Assembly (NCBI GenBank): GCA_014905635.1
Contig: JABVCE010000008.1
Location: 558,001 to 622,000, forward strand
Source: Scenedesmus sp. PABB004
Taxonomy: Eukaryota
Length of the DNA: 64,000 bases
Direction: 5' to 3'
In this document: one piece after another, positions 1-12,300 of the stretch
Numbering within the stretch: the first letter of the stretch is position 1
Layout: every line of letters begins with the position of its first letter
The notes under the pieces: model-generated
What the model saw: only the letters and a program-made list of their open reading frames with translations
Database searches by the model: none
Told to the model about the DNA's origin: nothing
Program-made: the position numbers and the translations under genes

Positions 1-11
1 GCCGCCCGCAG

Positions 12-447
12 CTGGAGCGCGCTGCTGCTGGTGCTCGACAACCGGCCCTTCCCCGACCTGCGCCACATCGTGCGCGACGCGGCGGACGAGCGCATCGACG
101 TCTTCGCCGAGTGGGCGCGTGCCGGGGCTGCCGGGAGCCGCTGCTGCGCGCGCGCTCGCCGGACGCGCGCCGCCGCGACGACGCCACGCCAGCGGCCAGC
201 CAGCCGCGCGCTGGCGGGGGAGTGCCGCCGCGGCCACCCGCCAACCGCCGCCGCCAACCGCCGCCGCCAACCGCCGCCGCGGCGGGCGCAGATCTCGGCG
301 CGCTACGCGCCCAAGACGCCCGACGGCCGCCAGTGGGCGCACGACTACCACGCGAAGCTCTACAACCTCACAGACGAGGCCATCCGCGGTGAGGCCCGGC
401 CGGCCGGCGCGAGCGTTGGCGCTCGCTGCGCGGGGGTGAGGGGCAGG

Positions 448-500
<53 letters not shown>

Positions 501-1625
501 GGCCCACGCGGGCACGCGCACGCGCGCGGCGCAGCCTGCCCGCGGCGCACGCGGTGGGTGGTCGTGACCAACGGCGACAACGACTATGACGCCCGCTTCA
601 TGGCGGCGCTGGTCAAACATGACGGCGCCGAGGCGGTGGCGTTTGACTACTACAGCCGCTACCAGCGCCCCACCGGTGCGGCCCCCGCCCCCCGCACCTG
701 CAGCGCGCCGCGCCCGCCAGCAGCAGCCCCGGCCGGCGGGGCCCACCCACGCCGGCGCCCACCAACGCCGGCGCCCGCGGCCGCGCGCGCAGGCACACCG
801 TGCGCGCGCTTTGCCGCGGGGCGCGGGCTGCCGCCGTGCAAGGCCAACGGGCTCACCTGGTGCCAGACCGACCTCGCGGCCGTCGCGTACAGCTGGCCGC
901 GCTTCGTGGCCGACGACATGCGCTTCGGGGTGCTGGAGAGCGGGCAGGGCGCCAACCACGACGGCATCATGGCCGACGTCGTGCGCACGCGGCGCTGGAA
1001 GGCGCGGCGCGGGCACGGGCGCGGCGCGGCACGAGCGCGGCGCGGGGGCCGCGCCGCGCGGCTGGCCGCCGCGGGTGACCGGGCGGCCGCTGCCGCCGCT
1101 GCCGCCGCAGGTCGCGCACGTCGCGGGGCGCTGCCTGGTGGAGCACGCGCCGTCGCCGCAGCGCTGCGCGGCGGAGGGCGGCGTGTGGGACGACACCGCC
1201 GCCGCGACCGACGCGGGCAGCGGCGGCGCCTGCCTCGGGCCCGACCGCGCGGCGGCGCGGCTCGCGGCGCTGGGGCCGGCCGCGGAGCTGGTGGAGGTCG
1301 CGGTCTCACACGACCCCGACAGTGAGCGGCCGCCGCGCAGCGGGCGGGGGGCGGCGGCGCGCGCCCGCGCGCGGCAGGCAGCAGCGCCACCCGCGGCTGC
1401 GCCACCTGCGGCGCCCGCCCCGCAGGCTTTGGGTTTGGCGCGCTGCGCGGCGCGCCGCTCCGGCTGGGCTGCATCCGCGCGGCCGACCCCGCCGCGTGGG
1501 CGCTGGCCCGCTACTTCCCGCGCCAGTGCGCGGCCGAGGTGGACCTGGACGCCAGCGACGGCGGCGCGCGGCAGCCGGCGGCGGTCGAGGCGGCGGCGAG
1601 AGCGGCGGCGGCGGCGGCGGCGTGA
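12..1625 (+). CDS. 5'-truncated multi-exon protein, possibly a GT-A fold glycosyltransferase
   Basis: Exons 12-114, 292-388, 535-675, 793-1001, 1111-1321 and 1426-1625 splice in frame, with TGA at 1623-1625. The product contains WVVVTNGDNDY (hydrophobic strand followed by a DxD-like motif) and CQTDLAA. Two introns need GC donors (115 and 1002). Confidence 0.6.
451..498. repeat. (GCC)16 microsatellite, intronic
   Basis: Perfect GCC run inside intron 389-534. Confidence 0.95.
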
Positions 1626-2057
1626 GCGGCGGCGTGAGCCGCCGAGGTTCAGGCGCGCGTGTGCGTGTCAGCGGCCTGTGTGGCCTGTGAGCTTGTGTTA
1701 CCTCCCTGACCCGCTCGAGCCAGGCCTGTGCCAGCGCGCCGCGCGCCGCCAGTGCCACGACCGCCGCTCGCTCCCTGCCTCAACTGCCGCGCCGCAGCGG
1801 CACCACCGGCGACGACGGCTCCGCGCGTTCAGTAGTGACGAGAGTGCCCACGCGCAGCTGCGCGAGCCCCACGGCCGCCGAGCGCGTGGCAGCGGTCGCG
1901 CTGCGCATCTGCGCTGCCGCGTCGTCGGGCGCGCCCGCCAGCCTCAGTGGGGGTCGCATCCTGACTTTCAAGGTGTGGGTAGTCTTCGAAACGCGCAGCG
2001 GCGCGGCCATGCGCGCTGCGGTCGGCTGGTGACGCCGCCGCCGCTGCTGCCGCAGCC

Positions 2058-2906
2058 ATGCCGCTCGCCGGCCTCGCGGCCGCCTGGCTGGCGCGGCCCT
2101 GGCTGCTGTGGGGCGTGGGCCCCATCCTGGCGAGCAATGTGGGCTTCTTCGTGACCGCGGGGCTGCTGGAGCTGGCGCTGCGGTCGAGCTTCTTCGCCGG
2201 CGCGCGCATCGTCTATCCCGTCCCGCCCGGCAAGGCGCAGCCCGACCGCCTGCAGCTCGTGGCGGCGACGCACGGCCGCATCGGGCTGTGGAAGCAGGCC
2301 CGGGGGAGCGCCAAGACGCTCGCGTGGTCGCCGCAGGTGCTCGTCAACGGCGCCACGCTCACGGCGCTCATGGCGTGGGCGTGCGGGCCCGTTGCCGCGT
2401 GGTGGCCCGCCAGCGCGGCCGCCGGGCTGGCGCAGTTCGTCGCGCTCGTCGTTCTGGCCGACCTCGGACTCTATTGGGGCCACCGCCTGCAGCACGAGTC
2501 CAAGTTCCTGTGGCGCATGCACGCGAAGCACCACGCGATCGACACGCCGACGCCGCTGTCCACGCTGTTCATCCACCCCGTGGACGCGGCGCTGCAGGGC
2601 TCCATCCCGCTCGCGCTCGCCGCGCTCGCGGTGCGGCCGGCGCCGGCGGTGCTGTACGCCTTTATCGCCGGCCGCATCGCCGAGAACGCGATCAACCATT
2701 CGGGCCTCGACTCGGCCCTGCTCGACGCGGTGACGCTCAAGGCGCTGCCGCTGCGCGCGAGCGCGGCGCACCACGACGCGCACCACCGCTACTGCAACCA
2801 CGCGCTGCGCGCGACAAACTACGGCGAGAGCTTCTGGGTGTGGGACTGGCTGTTTGGCACGCGCTGCAAGCTCGAGGGCGCCGCCGCCGCCGCCAAGGCC
2901 GAGTGA
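2058..2906 (+). CDS. Fatty acid hydroxylase / sterol desaturase superfamily membrane protein (282 aa, intronless)
   Basis: His boxes YWGHRLQH, HAKHH, INHSG and HHDAHH, C-terminal NYG..WDWLFGT, and hydrophobic segments. Confidence 0.9.
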   Translation: MPLAGLAAAWLARPWLLWGVGPILASNVGFFVTAGLLELALRSSFFAGARIVYPVPPGKAQPDRLQLVAATHGRIGLWKQARGSAKTLAWSPQVLVNGATLTALMAWACGPVAAWWPASAAAGLAQFVALVVLADLGLYWGHRLQHESKFLWRMHAKHHAIDTPTPLSTLFIHPVDAALQGSIPLALAALAVRPAPAVLYAFIAGRIAENAINHSGLDSALLDAVTLKALPLRASAAHHDAHHRYCNHALRATNYGESFWVWDWLFGTRCKLEGAAAAAKAE

Positions 2907-3484
2907 TGGTGCGGGAGAGGAGCGTCGTGCGCGAGGAACGCCGCCCCCGCCGCGCCGCGGCGAGGCGTGCGGCGCGCGTCGGTGACGCCGGTGACGCTTT
3001 TGCGGTTTTCCCGGCGCGCGTGTGCCGGAGCCCAGCTCCCCCGGCCCGTGCGTTGATGCAGGCAGACCTCGACGCACGCCGCCCTCTCGCCTGACAACAC
3101 GAGCCGTGAGAGCACGCAGCGCACGCCTCGAGCCTGAGCCAGCGCACCCGCAGCTCGATGGACCCGCCCAGGGAGACGCCAGAGGGTCGTGACGTGCACC
3201 TCGTCGCGGAGGAGCACGCCCCCGCGAGCCACGCGCCCCACGGCGACACGCTGGCCGCGGCGGTCGCATGCGACGCTCCGCAGCCCGACGACAGGGGCCG
3301 CGCCAAGTGCTGTGACCCGCCGCGGCATGCCGAGTAGGAACTGCGCCAGCTGGAGGGAGCGCGGAGCCTGCAGGGCGCGCGCCGCGCCGGGCCAGGCTGT
3401 CGCGAGATGGGCTCGTCCCCGCACGGCATCCGTGGTCCGGACCGGGGTCGTCGGCGCAGTGTGGGGTCAGTTGGTGTTGCAACA

Positions 3485-5222
3485 TCACCGCCGCGGGCTC
3501 AGGCCACGCAGCACAGCGACCAGCAGCGCAGCGCCGCCCGCGAGCAGGGCGGCGGGCAAGCCCAGCGCCAGCGCCAGCCGCTGCCCTCCTCCCAGCACGC
3601 CCCCGCCACCGCCGGAACCGCCGGAACTGCCGCCGGCAGCCGCCGCGCCACGCGCCAGGGTCGCGCCCGCCGCGGCCGCCGCAGCCGCCGCCGCCGCCGC
3701 CGCCGCCCGCCGCCCGCCGCCGCCGCCGCCGCCGGGCGGCGAGGCCGCGGGCGCGCGCGCGCTCCGCTGCGCCGCCAGCCACGCCGGCAGCGCCGCGATC
3801 GACGGCAGCACCGCGTCGGGCGTGACCGGCCCCGCCTCGTCGCCGGGCCTGAACTTGCCGGTGCGCACGAGCACGCCGCCGTGGCAGCCCGCGGCCTGGG
3901 CGCCCCCCACGTCGGCCAGCACGTCGTCGCCGACCATCACGACCTGCTCCGGCGCCAGCCCCAGGCGCGCGGCGGCGAGCCGGAAGACACATGGCGCGGG
4001 CTTGCCGAGCACGACCGCCTCGGCGCCTGCGCGCGGCGCGGCGGCGGCGCGCGTCGCGCGCCCACACGCCGGGCGCGGCGGGGCGGCGCGCAGTCGCGCG
4101 GGGCGGCGCGCAGTCGCGCGGGGCGGCGTGCGCGCGGCGCGCCCGTGGCAAACTCGAGCGCCTGCGTGAACGGCCCGACGTCCAGGCTCAGGCCGTCGGG
4201 CGCCTGGAAGAACCTGCGTGGGGCGGCCGGGCGGCAGGCGTGGCAATGGCGGCGACGGCGGCGGGGCGTCGGCAGGGCCACCGGGCCGCGGCGGCGGCGC
4301 CAGCGGCCGCGGCGCACCTCGACTTGCCGAGCGAGAGCAGCTGCGGCGCGGGCTCCCGCATGAGCAGGCGGAACGCGCGGTTGAGCTCCGCGTACCCCCA
4401 TGCCGGGCCCATGTCGCCGATCACCACCGCAGCGGCGCCAGCGTCGGCGCGCGGCGGCAGCAGCTCGACGCCCTCAAAGTCGGGCAGCAGCGCGGCGTCG
4501 ACAAACAGCGCGACGGGGCCTGGCCGCGGCGGGCGCGGGGTGAGGAGCGCGCCCGCACGCACCGCGGCGCTGCCCGCGCTGCGGCGCCGCACCCAGGCCG
4601 CGCTCCTCGATGTACCGCGCCGCGCAGTAGCCGGGGCTCACGACGTCCTCAGCGGCGCACGTGATGCCGCAGCGCGCGAGCCGCGCCGCGACGCCTGCGC
4701 GGCCGGCCCGCGCCGCCGGCGGCGGCGGCGGCGGCAGTGGGCGGCCGCCCCGGGGCGCCGGGCCCTCGCGCGCCCTGCGCGCGCAGTGCCTCGCTGCCCT
4801 CCCCGCCGCACCCGCGCGCGTGTCGGTGGTCGTGTTGGTCAGAAAGGCATACGGCACGCCCGACGCACGCAGCGCGGCGAGCGCGTCCGCCGCGCCCGCG
4901 ACGGCGGCGTAGCCGCTCGCGCTGCTGCAGCACACGACGCCGTCGATGTCCAGCAGCACGCCGGCCGGCGGCGGCCGCGGCGGCGGCACTGGTGCGGCCG
5001 GCCCGCGCGCGCCTGGTGCTGCTGGTCGACCGGCGCCTGCTGGCCTCGCTGCTGCGCCTGGCGCTGCGGGCCGAGAGACTGGCCCTGCAGGGAGCGTCCC
5101 ACCAGGGGAACCGCACCCTGGGGCCCCCGCGGCCGCCACACGCCGGCGCCAGGCTGGGGCGCGGCGGCAGCAGCGGGCGGCCGCGCTGCTGCTCCCCGGG
5201 TGCGCAGGCAGGCGCCCGGCAT
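3485..5222 (-). CDS. HAD-superfamily subfamily IIA phosphatase, LHPP/HDHD2-like, with a C-terminal hydrophobic tail
   Basis: Exons 5222-5117 (tentative), 4988-4812, 4694-4593, 4519-4318, 4213-4143 and 4026-3485 total 1200 nt. Motifs: VLLDIDGV (I), FLTNTT (II), LGKP (III), MVGDDVLADVGGAQ (IV) and VRTGKFRPGDE. Confidence 0.85.
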
Positions 5223-5856
5223 GGTCTGCAGGTGGGCGAGGAGCTCGGCCGCGCGCCTGCGGAGGCGAGCGCGAGGTCGGATCAGCGCTGGCGCAGTGGA
5301 GGGCAGCTCGGGTGCTGCTACTGCTGCTGCTGCGACCGACCGCCACCGGCCCCTGGCGCGGCGTGTGCGTGCCGGGGCGGTGCTGGACCTGGCAGGCCAG
5401 GGCTGGGAGGAGCGAGCCGCGGCCAGGGCGGGAGGAGCGAGGGGCGGCGCGGCTGGGCGTGCGTTGCCTTGGCGTGCGCCGGAGACAGAAACTGGGCGTG
5501 CGCCGGAGGCTGGGCCGGGCGTGTGCCAGGGTTGCTGCAGCTTGCGACAAGGAGACCTGCTGCGGAGGGCACAGCGCGCCGGCGCCACAGGTTTCAGCGC
5601 CGCTCGCGCCCGGCTGCCGCGCCGCGCCGCTCCCGCCTACACCACCCGCCGCTGCGCCGCGCGCCTCGGCGCCGCGCGCACGCACAGCGCTGCGCCTCAG
5701 CGCAGTGACATGTTGCCCAGCACCACGACCTTCTCCGTGCTGCACGCGCGGCGGCCGGCGGCGGCAGGCGGGTCAGCTGTGCGTGCGCAGCCCGGCGCCG
5801 GTAGCAAGCCCGCTGCGCAGCAGCGGCTGCGCGGCAACTGCGCGCCAAGCCCCCAC

Positions 5857-6630
5857 TCACACGGTCCCCATCACGGCGACGATCGCCGGCGCCGTGATGG
5901 ACGCGGGCTCCGCCGCGGGCGCGGGCGCGGCGGCGCGCCCCACGGCCGCGCGCTTCAGCGGCGACTGCATCGCGCCCGCGGCCGGCGGCGGCGACGCGGA
6001 CGCCGCGCGCTTGTGCGCGCCCACCTCCTCCTCCCCCTCCTCCTCCAGCTCCGCGTCCTCGGCCTCCATGATGGCCTGCACGTCGGCGTCGGTGAGGCTG
6101 GCCAGCTCGGCCGTGAGGTCTGCGCTGTCCTGCTGCAGCTGCACGCTGCGCTCGCGGCTGCGCAGGTGGACGCCGATGGCGGGGCCGATGCCCAGCTTGC
6201 CGCGGCAGACGCTGGCGTGCACCGTCACGGCGACGCAGGAGGCGTCGCCGGGCTTCACACGGTGGCGGTCCAGCAGGTCGCGCAGGCTGGCGGGGTTGGG
6301 CTTGTACAGCTGCACGACGCCGCTGTCGAGCAGAGCCACCTTGCTCCGCTCAAAAGGGCCTACGCAGTGGTGGGATGGGGGTCAGGGGCCGGGCCCTGGC
6401 GTGCGCGCGCGCGCGGGCCGCGTGGCCTCACCGGTCGCGGCCACGCCGTTGGTCACCTCGAGCGTGATCCTGGCGGCGACCCACACCGGGCAGCCGGGGC
6501 CGTCCGGGAAGGGCACCACGTCCGACACTATGCGCTCATAGACAGACATGTTGCTGCCCAGCCCCACGCGATCGCAGCCCCTGAAGACCGCGCGCTCAAA
6601 GCCGCCGGCTGCGTCGGCCACGTGCCGAAT
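5857..6630 (-). CDS. Hypothetical protein, 3' exons only; further exons probably extend to about 7291
   Basis: Exons 6630-6432 and 6359-5857 join in frame across a GT-AG intron. The sequence is globular-looking (VYERIVSDVVPF..WVAARITLEV..GVVQLYKPNP..VAVTVHA) with an acidic tail. No family recognised. Confidence 0.55.
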
Positions 6631-7762
6631 CTGGGCCGCGGGCCGGCGGCAGCAGCATTGGCGGCGCGCACCCCGCGGCGCAGGCCCCCGGCGCGCCCAG
6701 CAGCCCGTCGCGCCCAGCAGCCCAGCAGCCAGCCCGCAAATGCACCAGCGAAAAAGGTAGTCCCTCGCGCCAGCGGGCGCCACCAGCCTGGCGGCGCCGG
6801 GCCAGGCGGCGCCGCAGCCGGAGCCCACGGCGCGCCGGCGCTGCTGCACCGCCTGGCGGGCCGACGCCGCGCGCGCCGCCGGCTGGCTGGCGGACGCGAC
6901 GCGCGCCGTCGGGCGCGGCGAGGGCGGCGCGGCCGACGCCGCGTGCGCCGACGGGCGCGGCGGCGAGGGAGGCAGCGTGGGCGAGGTTGCGCGACCGAGG
7001 CCGCTCCAGGAGCTCATCTGCGCACGACAGCGGGCCGGAAGCGGGGCGCGAGGGCGGGCCGCCGCGCACTGGTCAGCGCGCGGCCTGCCGTACTTGCCGC
7101 CCCGGCGCAGCCGCGCGCCGCTGCAGAGCAGCAGCCGCCCCCGCGAGCGGCCAGGCTTCTGAGCGGGCTGTGGCGAGCTCCGCGTGGGCGGGGCTGCCGC
7201 CCAGGCGCTGCCGCTCGGATTCGCGGGCCCGCGACCCCCCGCGCCGCCCGCGGGTCGCGCAGCCCCCACGCCGCGGCCGTAAACGCACCATGTCAAGCAA
7301 AATCCCGGGAGCGCAGCGGCCGCGCACCGCGATGCACCGACACGCAGGGAGGTCGGGGTCTGAACGCGGCAGGGATCCCCCGTGCGCGCCGCACGCTCCT
7401 TTGCTGCACGCGTGGCAGCAGTGAGTGACAGTGTGCAGCTGCCGGGAGGGCTGCCGGCTGGAAAGGCCGGCACCGCCGCCGCCGCTGCGGCACAACGGCG
7501 AACCGCCACCGTTGTGCTCGGTGGCGGTTCGCCGTTGTGCTCGCCGCCCGCCGCGCGCCGCCGTCACGGGCCGGACGTTCCCCACGCCGGCCGGGGCCGC
7601 CGCGCTGCTGGCGGCGGCGCGGCCGCATCGGCGCCGACGCCAGGCGCCGGCGCCGCGCCGGCACGCGCCGGCGGCGGCGGCCGAGCCGGCACTCTGCCGT
7701 GCTGTGTGATCTGCGCGCCGGCCTCCCACGCGACGCCGCCGCCGCCGCCGCCCTGGTGCATT

Positions 7763-7767
7763 TTACA
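7763..7767 (-). promoter_or_regulatory. TGTAA polyadenylation signal of SmE
   Basis: Chlorophyte-type TGTAA about 170 nt downstream of the SmE stop on the same strand. Confidence 0.6.
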
Positions 7768-7936
7768 GCACGCCGCTCGCCCAGCCCATCCGCCACCCAC
7801 CAGCGCGTGCGCGGGCGCGCGAGCTCCGGCCCCGGGCCCGCCCCGCGCCGCGCTGCGCCCGCGGCGCCCTCCCCCGCCGCGCGCCGGCGCCCGCCCGCCG
7901 CGCGCCGCGCGCTCGTGCGCTCGTGCGCGCGCCGCG

Positions 7937-8666
7937 CTACGCGGCCTTGCCGACGGGCTGCATGAGGGTGATGTTGTCGCCCTTGAGCAGGATGCGGCCG
8001 ACGGGCTTGCGCGACTTGCGCTTGACAGACACCTCCTCCGCCTCGTCGAGCACAAGGTTCATGTACTCGTCAAACCCAATGATCCGCCCCTCCAGCCGCA
8101 TGTCGGGCTGCTCGTACAGCCACACCAGCACGCGCTGCTTCGACTGCAGGAACCTGCGGCGCGCGCGCGCGGGCAGGGGCGCGTGGGCGCAGGCCCCACG
8201 CCGGCGCGGGAGCGGCGGGGCGCACCGCCCGCTTGCAGCTGCTGCCCGCACGCAGCGACTGCGGGGCCGGGGCGGCCGCTGCCCGCTGCCGCCGCTGCCG
8301 CCGCTGCGAGGCGGGCGCCGCTGCTGCCGCGCGAACGCTGCGGGGCCGGGGGCGGCCGGGGCTGCCCGCCGCCCGCCCGCCGGCGGCGCCCGCTCGGCCG
8401 CGAGCGTCGCCAGCCCAAGACGCCGCCCCGCCAGCGCGCGCGGCCCGCACGCCGGCGCCGCCGGCGGCGGCGAGCAGCAGCAGCGGCGGCGGCCGCCGCG
8501 ACCGCACCGCCGCGCCGCGGGCGCCGGCGGCGCCGCCCGGCGCCGCGCCGCGTCCGCGCTGCGGGGCCTGCTCCGTGCGCCCTCCCGCGGGCCCGCCCGG
8601 GCCCTGGGCGCGCCTGAATATCAGGTTGATGGGCTGCAGCATGATCTTCTGCACCCGCGTCGCCAT
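7937..8666 (-). CDS. SNRPE: Small nuclear ribonucleoprotein E (SmE), 89 aa
   Basis: Exon 8666-8614 ([18 protein letters not shown]) plus exon 8153-7937 ([46 protein letters not shown]). The intron 8613-8154 is GC-AG. Confidence 0.97.
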
Positions 8667-9374
8667 GGCGCCCGGCTGTGCTTGGACAGCCCCAACGAGG
8701 CGCTACGCGGCACGGGCGGGGGCGCGGGCGGACCGAGGCGCTGCGGGCGCGTGGCGGGCCGGGTGCGAGCAGCAGCGAGCGCCTGGCGTCGTGGGGCGTC
8801 GCGTCCTGTTTGTGTATTTGTGGTAGGTGCTGGCTGTGTGTGCCGGAGGTGGTGGCGGGGTGGATTGGGGCGGCTGCGCTTCAGCGCCGGGCAGCGGCGG
8901 CGCGCGCGGCCGGGCGGCGGCCGCGGCGACGGCGGGCGTGCTGGACCGGCAGGCACCTGAGGCTTGCTGGCCCCAGCCCGCACGCCAGCCGGCGCCGCCG
9001 CCGCAGTTCGCGGGCGCCGCTGCTGCCGCGCGCGACGACCGCCGGCGACGTCGAGGCGTGTGGCGTGCACGATCGCGCACGATCGCTGGCTGCCGTGCGC
9101 GTATCGGGCCGGGCTTGTGGAGTGTGAGGGTTGGCAGCAGCGCCGTCGCCGCCGCGGCCGTCATGCTGACGGGCGTCAGCGTCCAGTCACGCTCGCCGGG
9201 GCTCCCCCGCTCTTGCCGGCGCCCGACGCCCCCGGCGCCGCCACACCCGCGATCACCGCATCGCCCGCGCCCGCCCCACGCACCGCTGCGGCCCCCGGCG
9301 CGCCGTGTGCACTCGGCCGGCAGCAGCAGCAGATTGGTTGTTGTGGCCGTGCTGCCTGCGGGCTCCCCGGCATC

Positions 9375-12300
9375 ATGGCGGTGTCCGGGATGAGCCTACT
9401 GACATCACTCCTCATCAATGGCGGCGTCGCAATAGGATTTCTACTCGCGTTCTGCATCCTGCGCACGCGCGGCCTCACCAAGCGCTTCTACGCGCCCAAG
9501 CTGTGCGCCGCCGCCCCTCCCCGCGCCGCCCGAGACCGCCCGCCCGCCGCCCCGCGCGCTCACGCCCGGCGGGCCGCGCCGCCGCCGGCTCTCGCCGCCG
9601 CGCCGCGCAGGCACGACCCCGCGGTGCGCACGAAGCCGCGCGCGCTGGGCGCGGGGCTGCTGTCGTGGGTGCAGCCGGTGCTGTTCTACCCCGAGGACGA
9701 CATGCTGCGCGTGGCGGGCATGGACGTGGTGGTCATGGTGCGCCTGCTCAAGTACGGTGAGGCCCGGCAGCGCCCGCGACAGCACGCGGCGTGGGCGGCG
9801 GCGGCCGCGGGCGGCGGCGGCGGCGGCCGCGGGCGGCGGCGGCAGCGGCCGGCGGCAGCAGCGGGCGGCAGCCCGGCAGCGGCGCCGGCCAGCGCCGGCC
9901 CGCGCGCCGCGCGCCCATGCGGCGCCCCCACGCCCGCCGGTGCGGCGCCCAGGGTGGGTGCTGTTTGCGTTCTGCACCTTCTGGTGCTGCGCGCTGCTGA
10001 TGCCCCTCAACGCCACCGGCGGCTTCCTGGTGCGCCGCGCCGCCGCGCACACGCGCCGCGAGCGGCCGCGCCGGCTGCGCCCCTTGCCACACACTGCGCC
10101 CCGCCTCGCACCCACACGCACCCACACGCACCCACACGCACCCACACGCACCCGCACGCACACCGCGCCGCGTCATGTGCCGCAGCCGACGGGGCTGTCC
10201 CCGGTCAAGGGCAACTACACAGACATCGACCTGCTGTCCTCATCCAACATCCCGCCCGGCAGCCACCGCTTCTGGGCGCACCTCTTCAGCGTATACGTCG
10301 TCACAGCCGTCGCGCTCGTGGTGCGCGTCGCGCCCGCCGCGCTCAGCGCCGCGCCGCGCGCGACACGCCCCGCCCGGCGCGCCCTGCGCCGCGCGCGCAC
10401 CGCGCGCTGCCACGCCCGCGCCGGCGGCGTCCCAACTCCGCCGCTCGCCGCTCGCCGCTCCCGCCCCCGCTCCCGCCGGCACCGCTGGCAGCTGCTGATC
10501 GCGTTCAGTCGCGACGTGAGCCGCCTGCGCGCGCGCTACATGTCCACGCTGCCCCGCGGCGCGACGAGCCACTCGGTGCTCGTCACCGACATCCCAGCGG
10601 TCGACGGCGTCGGCGCGCACGCGCCCGCGGCGCCAAAGGCGCTCGGCGCGCTCGCAGGCGCGCTGGAGGGCAAGCCGGACGTCAAGGTGCGCGCACACAG
10701 CGCCGCGCGCACGGCGCTGCCGCGCGGGCGCGGGGGCCGCCGCGGGCGCGTTGACGCGCGCGTGCCGACGCTGATGCGCGCGGCGCGCCCGCAGGACGCC
10801 GAGCTGGGCGGCGCGGCCGACGCCGGCAGCGGCGCGCACGGTTACGGCGCCATCCCTGGCGAAGACCTGGACCCCTGGGCCGGCGCGCGGCGCCAGCTCG
10901 AGTCGGGCGACGCCGAGGTGCGTGCTGCAGCGCGGGGCGGCGGCGGCGGCGCGCCAGTGCGCGCCAGTGCGCGCCTCGGCGACCGGCGGGCGCGCCACCT
11001 GCCCTCGCGCGCGCCCTCCGCCCCGCCTGCCGCGGCGGCGCGCAGGCGCTCGTGCGCAGCGAGATGGTGTCGACCTACGGCGCCGACAAGGTCGCGGCGG
11101 TCAACATCGTGCGCGACACGCGCAAGGTGCGGGCGCGGGGCGGGGCGCACGCGCGCACGTGCATTCCCACCTCGCGCCCGCCAGCCCGCGCGCGCTGCCG
11201 CGCCGCGCCCGCTGCGCCCCCGCCCCTTCCCGCCCGCGCCCTCACGCGCGCCCTGCCGCCGCGCCCGGCCGCCCGGCCGCCGCTTGCCGTGCTGCCAGCT
11301 GGACCCGCTGCTGGCCAAGTATGACGCCGCGCGGGGGCAGCTGGACGACATCACCGACGACTACACCGGCAAGATCCGGCGCGGCGAGGAGATCAAGACG
11401 CGCAAGCAGGTGTGACGCGGCAAGGCGGGCGGCGGCGGCGGCGGCGGGCGCGGGAGAGCAGAGAGCGTGGAGAGCGGGAGTGCGGCGGCGTGCGTGGCCG
11501 GCGCCGCGTCGCGCGCCGAGCGCCGCGCGGCCGGCGGCGCAGGTGACGCTGCTGCCGGCGATGGCGCCCAAGTGGGCCAAGGACAAGTACGGCGTGGCAG
11601 CCAAGCCGGTCAAGGTGGGCCGTACGCCAGAGCCCCGCCCGAGGCCGCGCCGCGCCAGCGGCCGCCGGGCTGCGCCGCCCGCGGTCACGCGGCCGCTGGC
11701 GCCCGAGCCCCCGCCGCCACGCACCCCCGACACACCCACCCACGTGCGCCCGCCAGGTTGACGCGCTGGAGTACCTCCCCCAGCAGCTGGACCACCTGGC
11801 GGCCGAGATGAAGGCGGAGCGCGAGGGCATCAAGGACGGCCTGCCCGCCGCGTTCGTCACGTTCAAGTGAGCGACGCGCCGTGCGCTGTGCGCTGTGCGC
11901 CGTGCGCTGTGCGCCGTGCGACAGCGGGCACCAGCGTTTGCCGCGCGCCGCGCGCGCCCCGCCCCCTCGCAGCGCCGCGCCGCGCCTGAAACCGCGCGCC
12001 GCCGCCGCCGCCGCTGTATGCTCGCAGCGACCGCGCGTCTGCCAACGCCGCCGCGACGGGGCTGCACTCCTACGACGAGACCGCGTGGCGCATGGAGCCC
12101 GCGCCCGAGGCCGGCGAGGCGCGGCGGCACGCCGCGGCGGGGCGCGCGTGGGGCGCGCGGGACGCGCGTGGGGCGCGCGGGACGCGCGCGCGGCCCCCGC
12201 CGCCTGCCCCCGCGCCGCCTCTACCCACACTCGCCGCGCCCTCCCCCGCCCCGTCCCCCTCCCCCGCCCTCTCCCCGCAGGTCATCTGGAAGAACCTCTC

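Noticed and set aside
4989..5128. Apparent frameshift at the N-terminus of the HAD phosphatase
   Set aside because: An in-phase GT-AG intron (5116-4989) explains it without an indel.
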